Origin: a virus
Taxonomy: Duplodnaviria; Caudoviricetes
Length of the DNA stretch: 36,712 nt
Virus record (IMG/VR): IMGVR_UViG_3300020045_001971
Span: 1 to 36,712 of that record
Strand: one strand, 5' to 3'
Part shown: piece after piece, positions 1-9,438 of the stretch
Numbering within the stretch: the stretch's first letter is position 1
Layout of the letters: every line of letters starts with the position of its first letter
Translations under genes and position numbers: made by a program
The notes under the pieces: generated by a model
Databases searched by the model: none
What the model saw: the letters and a program-made list of their open reading frames with translations, nothing else
Told to the model about the DNA's origin: nothing

Positions 1-121
1 CATCGTTAGAACAGGCATACGAAATGGCTGTATGGATGCGTGCAGACACTAGGCAAACCCTGTTGGAACAGCAACGCGCAGAGGCTCAGAAGGTAGCACA
101 GGCTCACAATCATGCACAGCG
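1..121. repeat. Terminal direct repeat (copy 1), probable circular-assembly overlap
   Basis: 1-121 is identical to 36592-36712 and lies inside one continuous reading frame. Confidence 0.95.
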
Positions 122-233
122 AGCGAGAACCGCCGCAGTCAGTGTGAAAGGAAGTAGTCCGGCTTCGACTGGGGTTCAGCCCGGAACTAAAGGCTCACTG
201 CGAGACATTCTTGCCTCGCAATTTGAAAACTAA
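1..233 (+). CDS. Capsid scaffolding protein, C-terminal part (continues from 35826 across the junction)
   Basis: In frame with the ORF starting at 35826; directly upstream of the major capsid gene; ends SLRDILASQFEN. Confidence 0.8.
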   Translation, partial: SLEQAYEMAVWMRADTRQTLLEQQRAEAQKVAQAHNHAQRARTAAVSVKGSSPASTGVQPGTKGSLRDILASQFEN

Positions 234-245
234 CAGAGGTACACA

Positions 246-1238
246 ATGGCTACTTTTGCAAACTTGAGCGACATCGTCGCCACCACCATTCAGTCTCGAT
301 CTGCCGCTCTGGCAGACAACGTGACCAACAACAATGCCCTGCTGTCGAAGCTGCGCGAGCGCGGCAACGTCAAGCCATTCAGTGGCGGTAACGTCATTCT
401 GCAAGAGCTGATGTATAACGACACCAGCACCGAGAACGCTGGTTCGTACTCCGGCTACGACATCATCGACATCACCCCGAACAGCCCAATTTCTGCGGCC
501 CAGTTTGACATTAAGCAGTACGCTGCCGCCGTGTCGATCAACGGCCTTGAAATGCTGCAAAACTCGGGCAAAGAGCAGATCATCGACCTGCTGGAAGGCC
601 GTATCCAAGTGGCTGAGGCCCAACTGGAAAACGACATCTCCGCTGGCATCTACTCTGACGGCACCGGCAACGGCGGCAAAGACATTACCGGCCTCGCGCT
701 GGCTGTCGCTGCTTCTCCGGGTTCGGGCACCTACGGTGGTATCAACCGCACGAACTTCTCGTTCTGGCGCAACATTGCATTTGATGCAACTACCGACGGC
801 GGCGCTGCTGCTTCGGCTGCAAACATGCAGAGCTACATGAACCGCGTTGCCGTTCAACTGGTGCGTGGTTCGGACCGCCCTGACATGATCGTGGCTGGCA
901 ACAACTACTACCGTTTCTACCTGGAAAGCCTGCAAGCAATCCAGCGTATCACCTCGGAGTCGTCCGCTGGTTCGGGCTTTACCTCGCTGAAGTACTTTGG
1001 CGCTGGTTTCAACTGCGATGTGTTCCTTGACGGCGGTATTGGTGGTCAACTGAACACCAACCGCATGTATTTCCTGAACACGAAGTACATCTTCTTCCGT
1101 CCGCACCGTGAGCGCAACTTTGTTGCCATTGGTGGCGACCGTCAATCGGTCAACCAGGATGCCATGGTTCGTCTGATCGGCTGGGCTGGTAACCTGACCA
1201 GCTCGGGCGCTCGGTACCAAGGTGTGTTGACGGATTGA
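246..1238 (+). CDS. Major capsid protein, podovirus type
   Basis: 330 aa; N-terminus LSDIVATTIQSRS..LADNVTNNNALL resembles the Brucella-phage-like podoviral capsid family; follows scaffold; GAGG RBS. Confidence 0.9.
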   Translation: MATFANLSDIVATTIQSRSAALADNVTNNNALLSKLRERGNVKPFSGGNVILQELMYNDTSTENAGSYSGYDIIDITPNSPISAAQFDIKQYAAAVSINGLEMLQNSGKEQIIDLLEGRIQVAEAQLENDISAGIYSDGTGNGGKDITGLALAVAASPGSGTYGGINRTNFSFWRNIAFDATTDGGAAASAANMQSYMNRVAVQLVRGSDRPDMIVAGNNYYRFYLESLQAIQRITSESSAGSGFTSLKYFGAGFNCDVFLDGGIGGQLNTNRMYFLNTKYIFFRPHRERNFVAIGGDRQSVNQDAMVRLIGWAGNLTSSGARYQGVLTD

Positions 1239-1243
1239 TAGAA

Positions 1244-1268
1244 ATGATATGGGCTTCGGCCCATTCAT
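1244..1268 (+). promoter_or_regulatory. cUUCGg hairpin without U-tract (mRNA stabiliser or weak terminator)
   Basis: ATGA(T)ATGGGC-TTCG-GCCCAT-TCAT just after the capsid stop. Confidence 0.6.
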
Positions 1269-1297
1269 GCACATCTCACATTGAAAGGAATTGAATC

Positions 1298-1600
1298 ATG
1301 GCTACTCCGTTTACCGTTACCCCCACGCTGGGCGTGGACCTGAACAGCAAAGTTCTTGCCGCTGATGTTGGCCCTTCGTCTGGTGCTGAAGACGCGCCCC
1401 AACTGGGCACGCAAGTCTTCGCATCGGATGGCAAGCGTTATGTCTACGCCCAAGCAAACGCCGTCATTACTGCTTCGACCGCTGTGTGTGACATCAACAC
1501 GACCACGTTCCTCGTGGCTGCGTCTGGTGGTGGCTACACCTCGCCTGCCGTTGCTCTCGCTTCTGGCGACCGGGCATGGTTTAGCAAGGCTTCCGTCTAA
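1298..1600 (+). CDS. Putative capsid decoration protein
   Basis: 100 aa, A/T/G/S-rich beta-type composition, after capsid gene, AAGGA RBS. Confidence 0.65.
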   Translation: MATPFTVTPTLGVDLNSKVLAADVGPSSGAEDAPQLGTQVFASDGKRYVYAQANAVITASTAVCDINTTTFLVAASGGGYTSPAVALASGDRAWFSKASV

Positions 1601-1610
1601 GGTGGCCTGA

Positions 1611-1979
1611 ATGTCCCTGCTTCAAGAACTGACCGGCGCAGGTTCGCCGGCACTACTTGCACAAGGCATTCTGGGTTCCGTTGCCAATACGCTGACCGCG
1701 ACTGGCACCACGGAAGCCGATGCACTGCAACTTGGCGCGGCTATTAACCGCGTGACCACCACGGCTGCTAGCACTGGCGTTAAGTTGCCTGTGCCCAAGC
1801 CGGGTGAGCAAGTCATGGTAATTAACAGTGGTGCTAACGCGCTGCTGGTTTACCCTGGCACTGGTGTTCAGATCAACGCACTGACCGCAACAACCGGCAC
1901 TCTGTCGATTGCTGCGGGTGGTCGTGCTCTGTTTGTGGGCGTGGGCAATACCTTCTGGTTTGCTGTCGTGTCCGCATAA
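1611..1979 (+). CDS. Putative second decoration / virion protein
   Basis: 122 aa; GVKLP..PGEQVMVINSGANALLVYP motif typical of phage structural beta domains; same transcription unit as capsid. Confidence 0.6.
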   Translation: MSLLQELTGAGSPALLAQGILGSVANTLTATGTTEADALQLGAAINRVTTTAASTGVKLPVPKPGEQVMVINSGANALLVYPGTGVQINALTATTGTLSIAAGGRALFVGVGNTFWFAVVSA

Positions 1980-1983
1980 TGGC

Positions 1984-2006
1984 GGGGGACTTCGGTCCCC
2001 CTTTTT
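1984..2006 (+). terminator. Rho-independent terminator
   Basis: GGGGGAC-TTCG-GTCCCCC followed by TTTTT. Confidence 0.9.
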
Positions 2007-2030
2007 CTCTTGGTGTTTTAAGGTAGTCAA

Positions 2031-2582
2031 ATGAGCAATCCTCAGACTGGCAGTTTTGTTGAGTTCTTCATGGAGTCGGTTGAGTTCAAGGCTGAAAGCG
2101 AAAAAGCAGGCCGACCGATTTACAAGGAAATCCCCTTCATTCGCATCCAACACCCTGGCGACCGCCTGAACGTGCTGGAAGTCAAGGCAGACGAACACTA
2201 CAAGCGCAAATATGCCCGTCAGTGGCAAGCGTTCGAGGCTGGTCTGGTTGGCGAAGTGATCGGAACTCCTTTGGAGCAATGGCCGCAAATCACCAAGTCG
2301 CAATGCAAAGAGGCAGCTTACTTCGGCGTCAAGACCGTGGAAAACCTGTCTGAAGTGAACGACGCCGCTTGTCAGCGTATGGGCATGGGCTGGATTGAAC
2401 TGCGCAAGAAAGCGCGGGACTATCTCGCCGCTGCTGCTGGGCAGGCTCCGATTAGCGCATTGCAAGCCGAAAACGAGCGTTTGCGCCTAGAATTCGAAGC
2501 ACTGAAAGCAAGTCTGCAAAACCCGGAAGTGCGCCGGGGTCGGCCTAAAAAAGAGGCTGAGGCAGACGCCGAAACCGCATAA
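2031..2582 (+). CDS. Hypothetical phage protein (head-tail region)
   Basis: 183 aa, AAGG RBS, C-terminal coiled coil and RRGRPKK motif. Confidence 0.7.
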   Translation: MSNPQTGSFVEFFMESVEFKAESEKAGRPIYKEIPFIRIQHPGDRLNVLEVKADEHYKRKYARQWQAFEAGLVGEVIGTPLEQWPQITKSQCKEAAYFGVKTVENLSEVNDAACQRMGMGWIELRKKARDYLAAAAGQAPISALQAENERLRLEFEALKASLQNPEVRRGRPKKEAEADAETA

Positions 2583-2593
2583 TCGAGAATCAA

Positions 2594-3490
2594 ATGAACC
2601 TTATCACGCTGGTCCAACAAATATGTGATGAGCTACTGATTGACCGACCTACATCGGTTGTTGGTTCCTCTGACCAGCAGACAAGGCAGATTCTCGCGCT
2701 GCTCAACCGCCTAGGTACTGATCTAACCCGTCAGTACGATTGGCAGCAGTTGAACAATGAGTACATTGTCACGACTGTGGCAATTAACACCACGGGGACT
2801 CTGACGCAAGGGTCTGCCGTGGTGACTGGTATTCCCGACACGACCGGGATTACCACTCAATTCTCGGCGTTTGGCGATGGAATCACGCCATTCGCTCAGG
2901 TGGTCAGCGTTGACAGCGCCACTCAGGTAACGTTGCAAATGCCTGCCGAAAGCTCGGGGACTGTTGACATTCAGTTCTCCCAAGTCGAATACGACTTGCC
3001 GAGCGACTGGAAGAAGCAAATTCCTCAGACTGAATGGGACCGTTCGAATCGGTGGCCGTTGCTTGGCCCGCGCTCCCCTCAAGACTGGCAGAGTTTCAAG
3101 TCTGGCATTGTCTACGCTGGGCCGCGTGAACGGTTCCGCATTCTGCAAAACACCCTTGCTTTGACGCCTCCACCGCCTAATGGGCTGGTGTTGTCGTTTG
3201 AGTACATCAGCAATGGTTGGGTGCAGGATGTGAACGGTGTGCGCAAGTCGTCCTATACGGCAGACACCGACACGGCGGTTTACGAGGACTCGCTACTTAT
3301 CACTGGCCTAAAAGCTCTGTGGAAGGCTGCAAAGGGGCTTGACGGCACGTTTGACCTGTCTGAGTTCCGCGCCATCCTTGAAGCGAACAAGTCTCAAAAT
3401 CGAAGCGCCCCGGTGCTGACGCTTTCCCCAATGTATGGGACGGTTTTGATCTCTGATCGCCAGATCCCCGATGGTAGCTGGCCCAGCTAA
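2594..3490 (+). CDS. Head-to-tail adaptor / tail tubular protein A-like
   Basis: 298 aa; MNLITLVQQICDEL start, EYDLPSDW motif; position before nozzle. Confidence 0.7.
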   Translation: MNLITLVQQICDELLIDRPTSVVGSSDQQTRQILALLNRLGTDLTRQYDWQQLNNEYIVTTVAINTTGTLTQGSAVVTGIPDTTGITTQFSAFGDGITPFAQVVSVDSATQVTLQMPAESSGTVDIQFSQVEYDLPSDWKKQIPQTEWDRSNRWPLLGPRSPQDWQSFKSGIVYAGPRERFRILQNTLALTPPPPNGLVLSFEYISNGWVQDVNGVRKSSYTADTDTAVYEDSLLITGLKALWKAAKGLDGTFDLSEFRAILEANKSQNRSAPVLTLSPMYGTVLISDRQIPDGSWPS

Positions 3491-3493
3491 ATT

Positions 3494-5005
3494 ATGGTAC
3501 GACCAACCGCTAAAGCATCGTCTATCCCAGCCCCTGTTGGCGGCCTAAATAACAGGGACGGTGTTGCCGACATGCCCGCAACCGATGCGGTTGTTATGGA
3601 CAACTGGTGGCCCTATCCCTCGTATGTAGGGATTCGGCAGGGTAGCGAGACGCATGTAACGGGGATGCCTGCTAGGGTTGAAACCTTGGTGGAATACTTA
3701 CCGGTTACGGGTGTTTCTGAGTTGTTCGCCGCTTCTGGTACGGGAATCTACGATGTGACGACTGCCGGTGCGGTAGGTGCTGCGGTTGTCTCTGGCCTGA
3801 CGAATGCCCGCTTCCAACACGCAGGCATCACGACTCCTGGAGGCTCGTTCCTCTACATGGTGAACGGGGCAGATACACCAAAGCTCTATAACGGCACGAC
3901 TTGGACCTCGATTACGGGCGTGTCCACTCCCGCGATTACGGGCGTGACGACCACAAGCCTCGTGCATGTCGTCCTGTTCAAAAACCGGTTGTATTTCACC
4001 GAGGTTAACTCGATGAATCTCTGGTATCTGCCGGTAAACAGTGTCGGGGGTGCTGCGTCCTTACTTGATCTTGGTTCGGTGTTCCGGCAGGGTGGCTCAA
4101 TCATGGCCGCTTACACATGGAGTATCGACGCGGGCGACGGTCAAGACGACCATCTGGTGATTGTTTCCACCAATGGCGAGGTGGCTGTCTACGGCGGCAC
4201 GGATCCATCTACTGCTGCAACTTGGGCGCTAATTGGGGTGTTCGCCGTGGGCCGTCCGTTGGGGCGTCGATGTGCTACCAAATACGGTGGCGACCTTGCG
4301 CTGCTTACTGTTGAGGGTGTTTTCCCCCTGACCCGCGCTCTGCTGTCTTCGTCTGTTGATCGCCGCGTTGCTCTGACTGACAAGGTGCAAAACAGCATCT
4401 CGGAGGCTTCGGACCTCTATCGGAACAACTTTGGCTGGCAAGTGGAATTGTTCCCTGATGCCAACATGCTGATTGTCAACGTTCCAGAGGGGAACGGAAA
4501 CAATTTCCAGTATGCCCAAAACATCATCACGGGTGCTTGGGCTAAGTTTGTCGGATGGGACGCCACTGTCTGGCTGAATTCGTTCAACGGACTGTATTTC
4601 GGTGACGGGACAACCATCAAACAGGCTTGGACGGGTAACGCCGACGACGATACGCCGATATTTGGTGATCTTTTGCCAGCATTCAGCGACTTCAAAGCCC
4701 CGGTACGGAACAAGTTCTTTACGATGGTTCGCCCGTATTTCATCGTAAACGGGACGGATGATCCTCTGATCTCGTTCATCATGAACGTAGATTACGAGCC
4801 GGAGGAACCACCTACTCCGATGATCTGGGGGCAAATGGTCTGGGGTAGCATGATCTGGCCTGGAAATGGAACACGCATTACAGGCTGGCGCACTGTCGGT
4901 AAAATTGGAACCTCTGGGTCTTTGCGCATTCAGTGCTACAACTCTGGTAGCGACGTAAGACTATCCAATATTGACTACCTGATGCAGGTTGGGGGCGTTC
5001 TTTGA
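3494..5005 (+). CDS. Tail nozzle / tubular protein B (P22 gp10-like position)
   Basis: 503 aa; PAPVGGLN start, beta-propeller-like repeats (FKNRLYF); synteny. Confidence 0.75.
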   Translation: MVRPTAKASSIPAPVGGLNNRDGVADMPATDAVVMDNWWPYPSYVGIRQGSETHVTGMPARVETLVEYLPVTGVSELFAASGTGIYDVTTAGAVGAAVVSGLTNARFQHAGITTPGGSFLYMVNGADTPKLYNGTTWTSITGVSTPAITGVTTTSLVHVVLFKNRLYFTEVNSMNLWYLPVNSVGGAASLLDLGSVFRQGGSIMAAYTWSIDAGDGQDDHLVIVSTNGEVAVYGGTDPSTAATWALIGVFAVGRPLGRRCATKYGGDLALLTVEGVFPLTRALLSSSVDRRVALTDKVQNSISEASDLYRNNFGWQVELFPDANMLIVNVPEGNGNNFQYAQNIITGAWAKFVGWDATVWLNSFNGLYFGDGTTIKQAWTGNADDDTPIFGDLLPAFSDFKAPVRNKFFTMVRPYFIVNGTDDPLISFIMNVDYEPEEPPTPMIWGQMVWGSMIWPGNGTRITGWRTVGKIGTSGSLRIQCYNSGSDVRLSNIDYLMQVGGVL

Positions 5006-5469
5006 TCTATTGCTTTGCGATTGAGAAGTTCAAGGACTCTTACAAAGAGTTGGAGCCACTCTATCGCAAGCATTACAAGGAAATGCAGACCCGCCTACAA
5101 GAAACAGGCGTTGTCATTGGGGACTACAACCCGCGCCTGTCTACTTACGAGCAGGCTTGCAAAGATGGGTGGTTGTTGAATTTTGTGGCTAGGCTGGATG
5201 GGCAGGTTGTTGGGTATTCCAACATCTATGTCACCCAGGACATGCACAATTCTGAATTGATCGCTCAAGAGGATACGATTTACATTCTTCCTGAGCATCG
5301 AAACGGAACAGGTAAAGCGTTGATTCGTTTCGTACATGATGAGTTGAAATCTCGTGGCGTTAAGCGATTGAACATCACCACGGCAACGGATTTGCGGGTT
5401 TCCAAGCTCTTAGGTAGAATGGGCTACGCGCAAACCGCACATGCCATGACTTTAGTTTTTGGAGATTGA
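5002..5469 (+). CDS. GNAT-family acetyltransferase-like protein
   Basis: Motif A IYILPEHRNGTGKALI and LLGRMGY; TTG start overlapping the upstream stop. Confidence 0.8.
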   Translation: MIYCFAIEKFKDSYKELEPLYRKHYKEMQTRLQETGVVIGDYNPRLSTYEQACKDGWLLNFVARLDGQVVGYSNIYVTQDMHNSELIAQEDTIYILPEHRNGTGKALIRFVHDELKSRGVKRLNITTATDLRVSKLLGRMGYAQTAHAMTLVFGD

Positions 5470-5470
5470 T

Positions 5471-6544
5471 ATGTGCGCGCCCTCACCCCCTCCCGCTCCC
5501 GATTACACGGCAGCAGCCAAAGAAACGGCTGCGGGCAACCTTGAAGCTGCGCGTGCGGCTACTCAAGCCAACCGCATCAATCAATACACTCCTTACGGGT
5601 CGCTGACGTACACCCAGAAGCCGGTCGAGACAATCGACTATGCGGGTTACAACAAGGCTCTGGACGACTACAACAAGTCTCTGGCTGCTTACAACGCAGG
5701 TACCCCGGCGCAACCTGTCGGCAGTGTTCAAAGCCCGTTCCTGAGTCCTGAAGAACGCGATGTAAGCGCTGTTCCGGCATCTGGACCGCGTGGTGCTTTT
5801 AGTGGCGTGGCTCCTACGCTGGACCAGTTCAAGACTGTGAACCCAGATGCAGGGTGGGAACAGACGATGAATCTGACGCCGCAGGCACAGGCGGCATTGG
5901 ACCAACAACTCGCATTGAACCAGAAGTACGGCGAGACTGCCAACGCTGGTTTTGATAGCGTGCGCCAACTGTTCGAAAATCCGGGGCTGGATACATCGAT
6001 GCTACCGGCTCGGGCTATTGATGTGGGCAAGACGGCACAAGAAGCCATCATGTCGCGTTTGCAGCCTCAACTGGCCCAGCAAGAAGAGGCTCTACGCGCT
6101 CGTTTGGCAAACCAAGGCATTACCCTTGGGTCGGATGCTTACGGGCGGGAAAACACGATCCAAGGCCAGCGGGCCAACGACTTGATGCTTCAGGCTGCTT
6201 TGCAAGGCATCAACCTTGACCAGCAAAACCGGGCATCGGCTTTGCAGGAGCAAGCCTACTTGCAAGATCGTCCGTTGAACCTGATTAACGCCCTGCGCAC
6301 GGGGAATCAAGTTCAAAACCCACAATTCCAACAGTTTGCGACCCAAGCAACGACTCAGGGGCCGGACATGCTGGGCGCTACAAACGCACAGTACCAAGCG
6401 GACTTGTCTGCGGCTAACGCGGCTGCGGCTCAATCTGGCGGCTTGATGAGTGGCCTAATGGGCGTCGGCATGGCTGCGGCTGGTCTGCCGATGGCTGGGG
6501 GCGGCAGTCTTGGCGGCAACCTTATCGGGGGGCTGTTCCGATGA
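5471..6544 (+). CDS. DNA ejection (internal virion) protein 1
   Basis: ATG at 5471 after GGAG; MCAPSPPPAPDY..NQYTPYGSLTY start; Q/A-rich; Gly-rich hydrophobic C-terminus. Confidence 0.7.
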   Translation: MCAPSPPPAPDYTAAAKETAAGNLEAARAATQANRINQYTPYGSLTYTQKPVETIDYAGYNKALDDYNKSLAAYNAGTPAQPVGSVQSPFLSPEERDVSAVPASGPRGAFSGVAPTLDQFKTVNPDAGWEQTMNLTPQAQAALDQQLALNQKYGETANAGFDSVRQLFENPGLDTSMLPARAIDVGKTAQEAIMSRLQPQLAQQEEALRARLANQGITLGSDAYGRENTIQGQRANDLMLQAALQGINLDQQNRASALQEQAYLQDRPLNLINALRTGNQVQNPQFQQFATQATTQGPDMLGATNAQYQADLSAANAAAAQSGGLMSGLMGVGMAAAGLPMAGGGSLGGNLIGGLFR

Positions 6545-7737
6545 ACGATTTTGACCTGCAACAACAACTGCTGAATCAGCGTCGGCAGCAGTACGCCGAA
6601 CAGCAGAACATCCGAATCCCGCAAGGCCAAATGGTCAGCGGCCACTATGTCGCTCCCAATGTGCTGCAATACCTCGCGGAAGGGCTGCGGTCTGTAGGTG
6701 GTATGCGTGGGCAGGCACTTGCCGAGCAAGAACTTAAAGACATTGGTGCCAAGCGCCAAACGGCAGTGACTGAGGCTCTGCGCAACTTCAACACCATGGC
6801 TCAGGGTACGCCCGAAAACGTCCCTGGAGACGGCGTAGGCCCGACCATGCCCGCACAACCGGCAAACATGCGTGGTGCTTATGCTGCACTCATGGAAGCG
6901 CCGGATCAGCAACTTCGCCAAGCTGGCTTGCAAGGTATGACTCAATTGCCTGAGATGGAGGCCCGCGCCGCTGATCGCACGGAGAATCGTGAGTTCCGCA
7001 AGGCTGAAGCAGATGCCGCCCGAACTGCGCGAGTCCAACAGCTTGAATTAGCTCACGAGCAACGCATGGAAATTATGAAGGCTCAGAATGCCAGCCGCGC
7101 AGAAATGGCTCAAGCGCAGCGCGAGTTCCAGCAACAAATGCAGAATGAGCGTCTACAGTCTCAGCGTGAAATGCGTTCGCTGACTGGTGCGGTCGCATCG
7201 GCTGTCGGCGGCGCTAAGGCTCCGGCTGGGTATCGTTTTACCCCTGATGGCAACCTAGAGGCAATTCCTGGCGGTCCCGCTGCGGACAAGGGCGGTCAAA
7301 AGCCTTTGACTGAAGGGCAGGCCAAAGGATCGTTGTATCTGGGCCAGATGCGTAGTGCAAGCGAGGAACTTGGTAAGTTGCCGGGTGTTAGCCCTGTCGA
7401 AACAGCGGCGGCTGGAAGTACCTTCACCAACTGGGCAACACCAGCAAAAGCCCAGCAAGTCGCACAACTTCAGAACCAATGGGCAGAGGCTTATCTGCGT
7501 GCCAAGACGGGCGCGGCAGCGACTCAGGGCGAAGTTGACCTTAACCGCCGCACGTTCTTCCCTGTGGTGGGGGATAGTAAAGCGGTCATTGAACAGAAGG
7601 CCAAAATGCGTAGTCAAGCCGAACGCGACATGGCCCCCTTGGCTGGTCCCGGCGCGGCGACTGCTGGTGGCGTGTCTGGTTCGTGGGGCGCTCCGCAGGC
7701 TCCCGCAATGCCTCAAGGCTTTAAGGTGGTTCGATGA
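6541..7737 (+). CDS. DNA ejection protein 2
   Basis: 398 aa, Q/A/G-rich helical; APAGYRFTPDGNLEAIPGGPA motif; synteny. Confidence 0.65.
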   Translation: MNDFDLQQQLLNQRRQQYAEQQNIRIPQGQMVSGHYVAPNVLQYLAEGLRSVGGMRGQALAEQELKDIGAKRQTAVTEALRNFNTMAQGTPENVPGDGVGPTMPAQPANMRGAYAALMEAPDQQLRQAGLQGMTQLPEMEARAADRTENREFRKAEADAARTARVQQLELAHEQRMEIMKAQNASRAEMAQAQREFQQQMQNERLQSQREMRSLTGAVASAVGGAKAPAGYRFTPDGNLEAIPGGPAADKGGQKPLTEGQAKGSLYLGQMRSASEELGKLPGVSPVETAAAGSTFTNWATPAKAQQVAQLQNQWAEAYLRAKTGAAATQGEVDLNRRTFFPVVGDSKAVIEQKAKMRSQAERDMAPLAGPGAATAGGVSGSWGAPQAPAMPQGFKVVR

Positions 7738-9338
7738 AAGTCTACCAAGTCCAAGCACCTGACGGCTCAATCATCAAGATTGAAGGCCCAGAAGGGGCTA
7801 CGGATGACCAACTGATTCAAGCGGCTAGTGCGGCATATACCCAAAAGCCTGCGCCTGCTCAGGAAGACCGTAGCCAACTGGCCGCGCTTGGTGGCGCGAT
7901 TGGTCAAGGCGTCGGCAACGTGGCATTGGGCGCCCAAAATTTGGCGGGCATGGGCCTAGAAAAAATAGGGCTTGAGCAGGCTGGGAAGTGGCTGCAAAAA
8001 GATGCTGCGGCAGGTAAGGCGAAGCTCCAAGGCGAGATTGACCCGTATCAAGCACAGTACCCTATCACCGTAGGAACTGGCCGAATCGCCGGCGAAATTA
8101 TTCCTACACTCCCCATTGGTGGCGCTCTTGGCAAGGCCGCAAGCCTCTTGCCTGGAACGTCGGGTCTTGTGACGGCATTGCGCACTAGCGGCATGGCTGG
8201 CCCCAACATGGCAACGCGCATGGCTGGCGGTGCTGCTGTCGGTGGCGCGTCTGCTGCGCTTGTCAATCCTGAAGATGCCGGAACGGGTGCCGCAATTGGC
8301 GCGGCCATCCCTGTTGCTGGAAAAGTGGTTTCGGCAGCAGGCCAAGGGTTAAAGCGTGTTTTGGGGGCATCGACTGGCGTAGGCGATGAGGCTATTTCTC
8401 AAGCCATCCAAGCCGGTAAACAAGGCGGTGAACGTGGTAATGCGTTTGTGACGGCTTTGCGTGGTGAAGGCAGCATGGATGATGTGCTTGCCGCAGCCAA
8501 GGCAAACTTGTCTGACATGGCGCAGCAAAAGCAGGCTGCTTACCGTGCAGGCATGGCAAACATCAAGGCAGACAAAACGGTCTTGTCGTTTGACGGAATC
8601 AACAAAGCGGTAAAAGACGCGGTGGGCATGGTGTCTTACAAAGACATGACCAAAAACCCGCAAGCATCGGCGGCGGTTAACGAAGTTGCCAGCACGGTCG
8701 ATGAATGGATGCGGCTCAATCCTGCGGAATACCATACGCCGGAAGGCTTGGATGCTCTTAAGCAGCGTATCGGCGCCATCATGGAGTCGATCCCACAAGA
8801 GCAACGGACCTCACAAAAGGCCGTTGGGGATATTTACAATTCGGTCAAGGCTGAAATTTCCCGCCAAGCGCCTGAGTACTCCAAGGTCATGAAGGAATAC
8901 GAGGAAGCCACGGACCTCATCCGAGAGATTGAAAAATCCTTGGTCGGCGGTCGTAAAACGGCAACTGAGACTTCGATGCGCAAGCTGCAATCGTTGATGC
9001 GCAACAACGTCAACACTTCATATGGCTATCGTGACAGTCTCGCTCGACAAATGACGGAAGCCGGTGGGCGTGATGTTTTGCCATCCCTGGCCGGTCAAGC
9101 CATGAGCGAGTGGACTCCGCGAGGCATTCAGCGGGCCACTTCTGCGGCTACTGGTGGTGGGTTGGCGTTGACGGGCAATATCCCCGCTGCTTTGGGGATT
9201 GCGGCTGCAAGCTCTCCGCGTCTTGTGGGAGAAGGTGCTTACTTGCTGGGTCGAGGTGCTGGAGCTGTAGACCCGCGACTGATTGAAGCACTCCGACGCG
9301 GTGTTACTCCGAGCGCCGCTGTTCTAGGTGCTCAATAA
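7734..9338 (+). CDS. DNA ejection protein 3
   Basis: 534 aa; YQVQAPDG..IEGPEGATDDQ start; Gly/Ala-rich hydrophobic stretches; synteny. Confidence 0.65.
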   Translation: MKVYQVQAPDGSIIKIEGPEGATDDQLIQAASAAYTQKPAPAQEDRSQLAALGGAIGQGVGNVALGAQNLAGMGLEKIGLEQAGKWLQKDAAAGKAKLQGEIDPYQAQYPITVGTGRIAGEIIPTLPIGGALGKAASLLPGTSGLVTALRTSGMAGPNMATRMAGGAAVGGASAALVNPEDAGTGAAIGAAIPVAGKVVSAAGQGLKRVLGASTGVGDEAISQAIQAGKQGGERGNAFVTALRGEGSMDDVLAAAKANLSDMAQQKQAAYRAGMANIKADKTVLSFDGINKAVKDAVGMVSYKDMTKNPQASAAVNEVASTVDEWMRLNPAEYHTPEGLDALKQRIGAIMESIPQEQRTSQKAVGDIYNSVKAEISRQAPEYSKVMKEYEEATDLIREIEKSLVGGRKTATETSMRKLQSLMRNNVNTSYGYRDSLARQMTEAGGRDVLPSLAGQAMSEWTPRGIQRATSAATGGGLALTGNIPAALGIAAASSPRLVGEGAYLLGRGAGAVDPRLIEALRRGVTPSAAVLGAQ

Positions 9339-9399
9339 TCCCACAGATGCAAGAATACAAGCACCAGCCCGCAACTACAGCTTGGATAAACTCAAACAT
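9304..9399 (-). CDS. 31-aa antisense hydrophobic micro-protein
   Basis: AAGGAG 6 nt before ATG; MFEFIQAVVAGWCLYSCICGIIEHLEQRRSE. Confidence 0.55.
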   Translation of the reverse strand: MFEFIQAVVAGWCLYSCICGIIEHLEQRRSE

Positions 9400-9438
9400 G
9401 ACACGCTCCTTAGTTGACGCTGTAAAGGATAACTGAAA

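Noticed and set aside
195-1274. 359-aa minus-strand ORF
   Set aside because: Antisense shadow of the capsid gene; no RBS or recognisable motif
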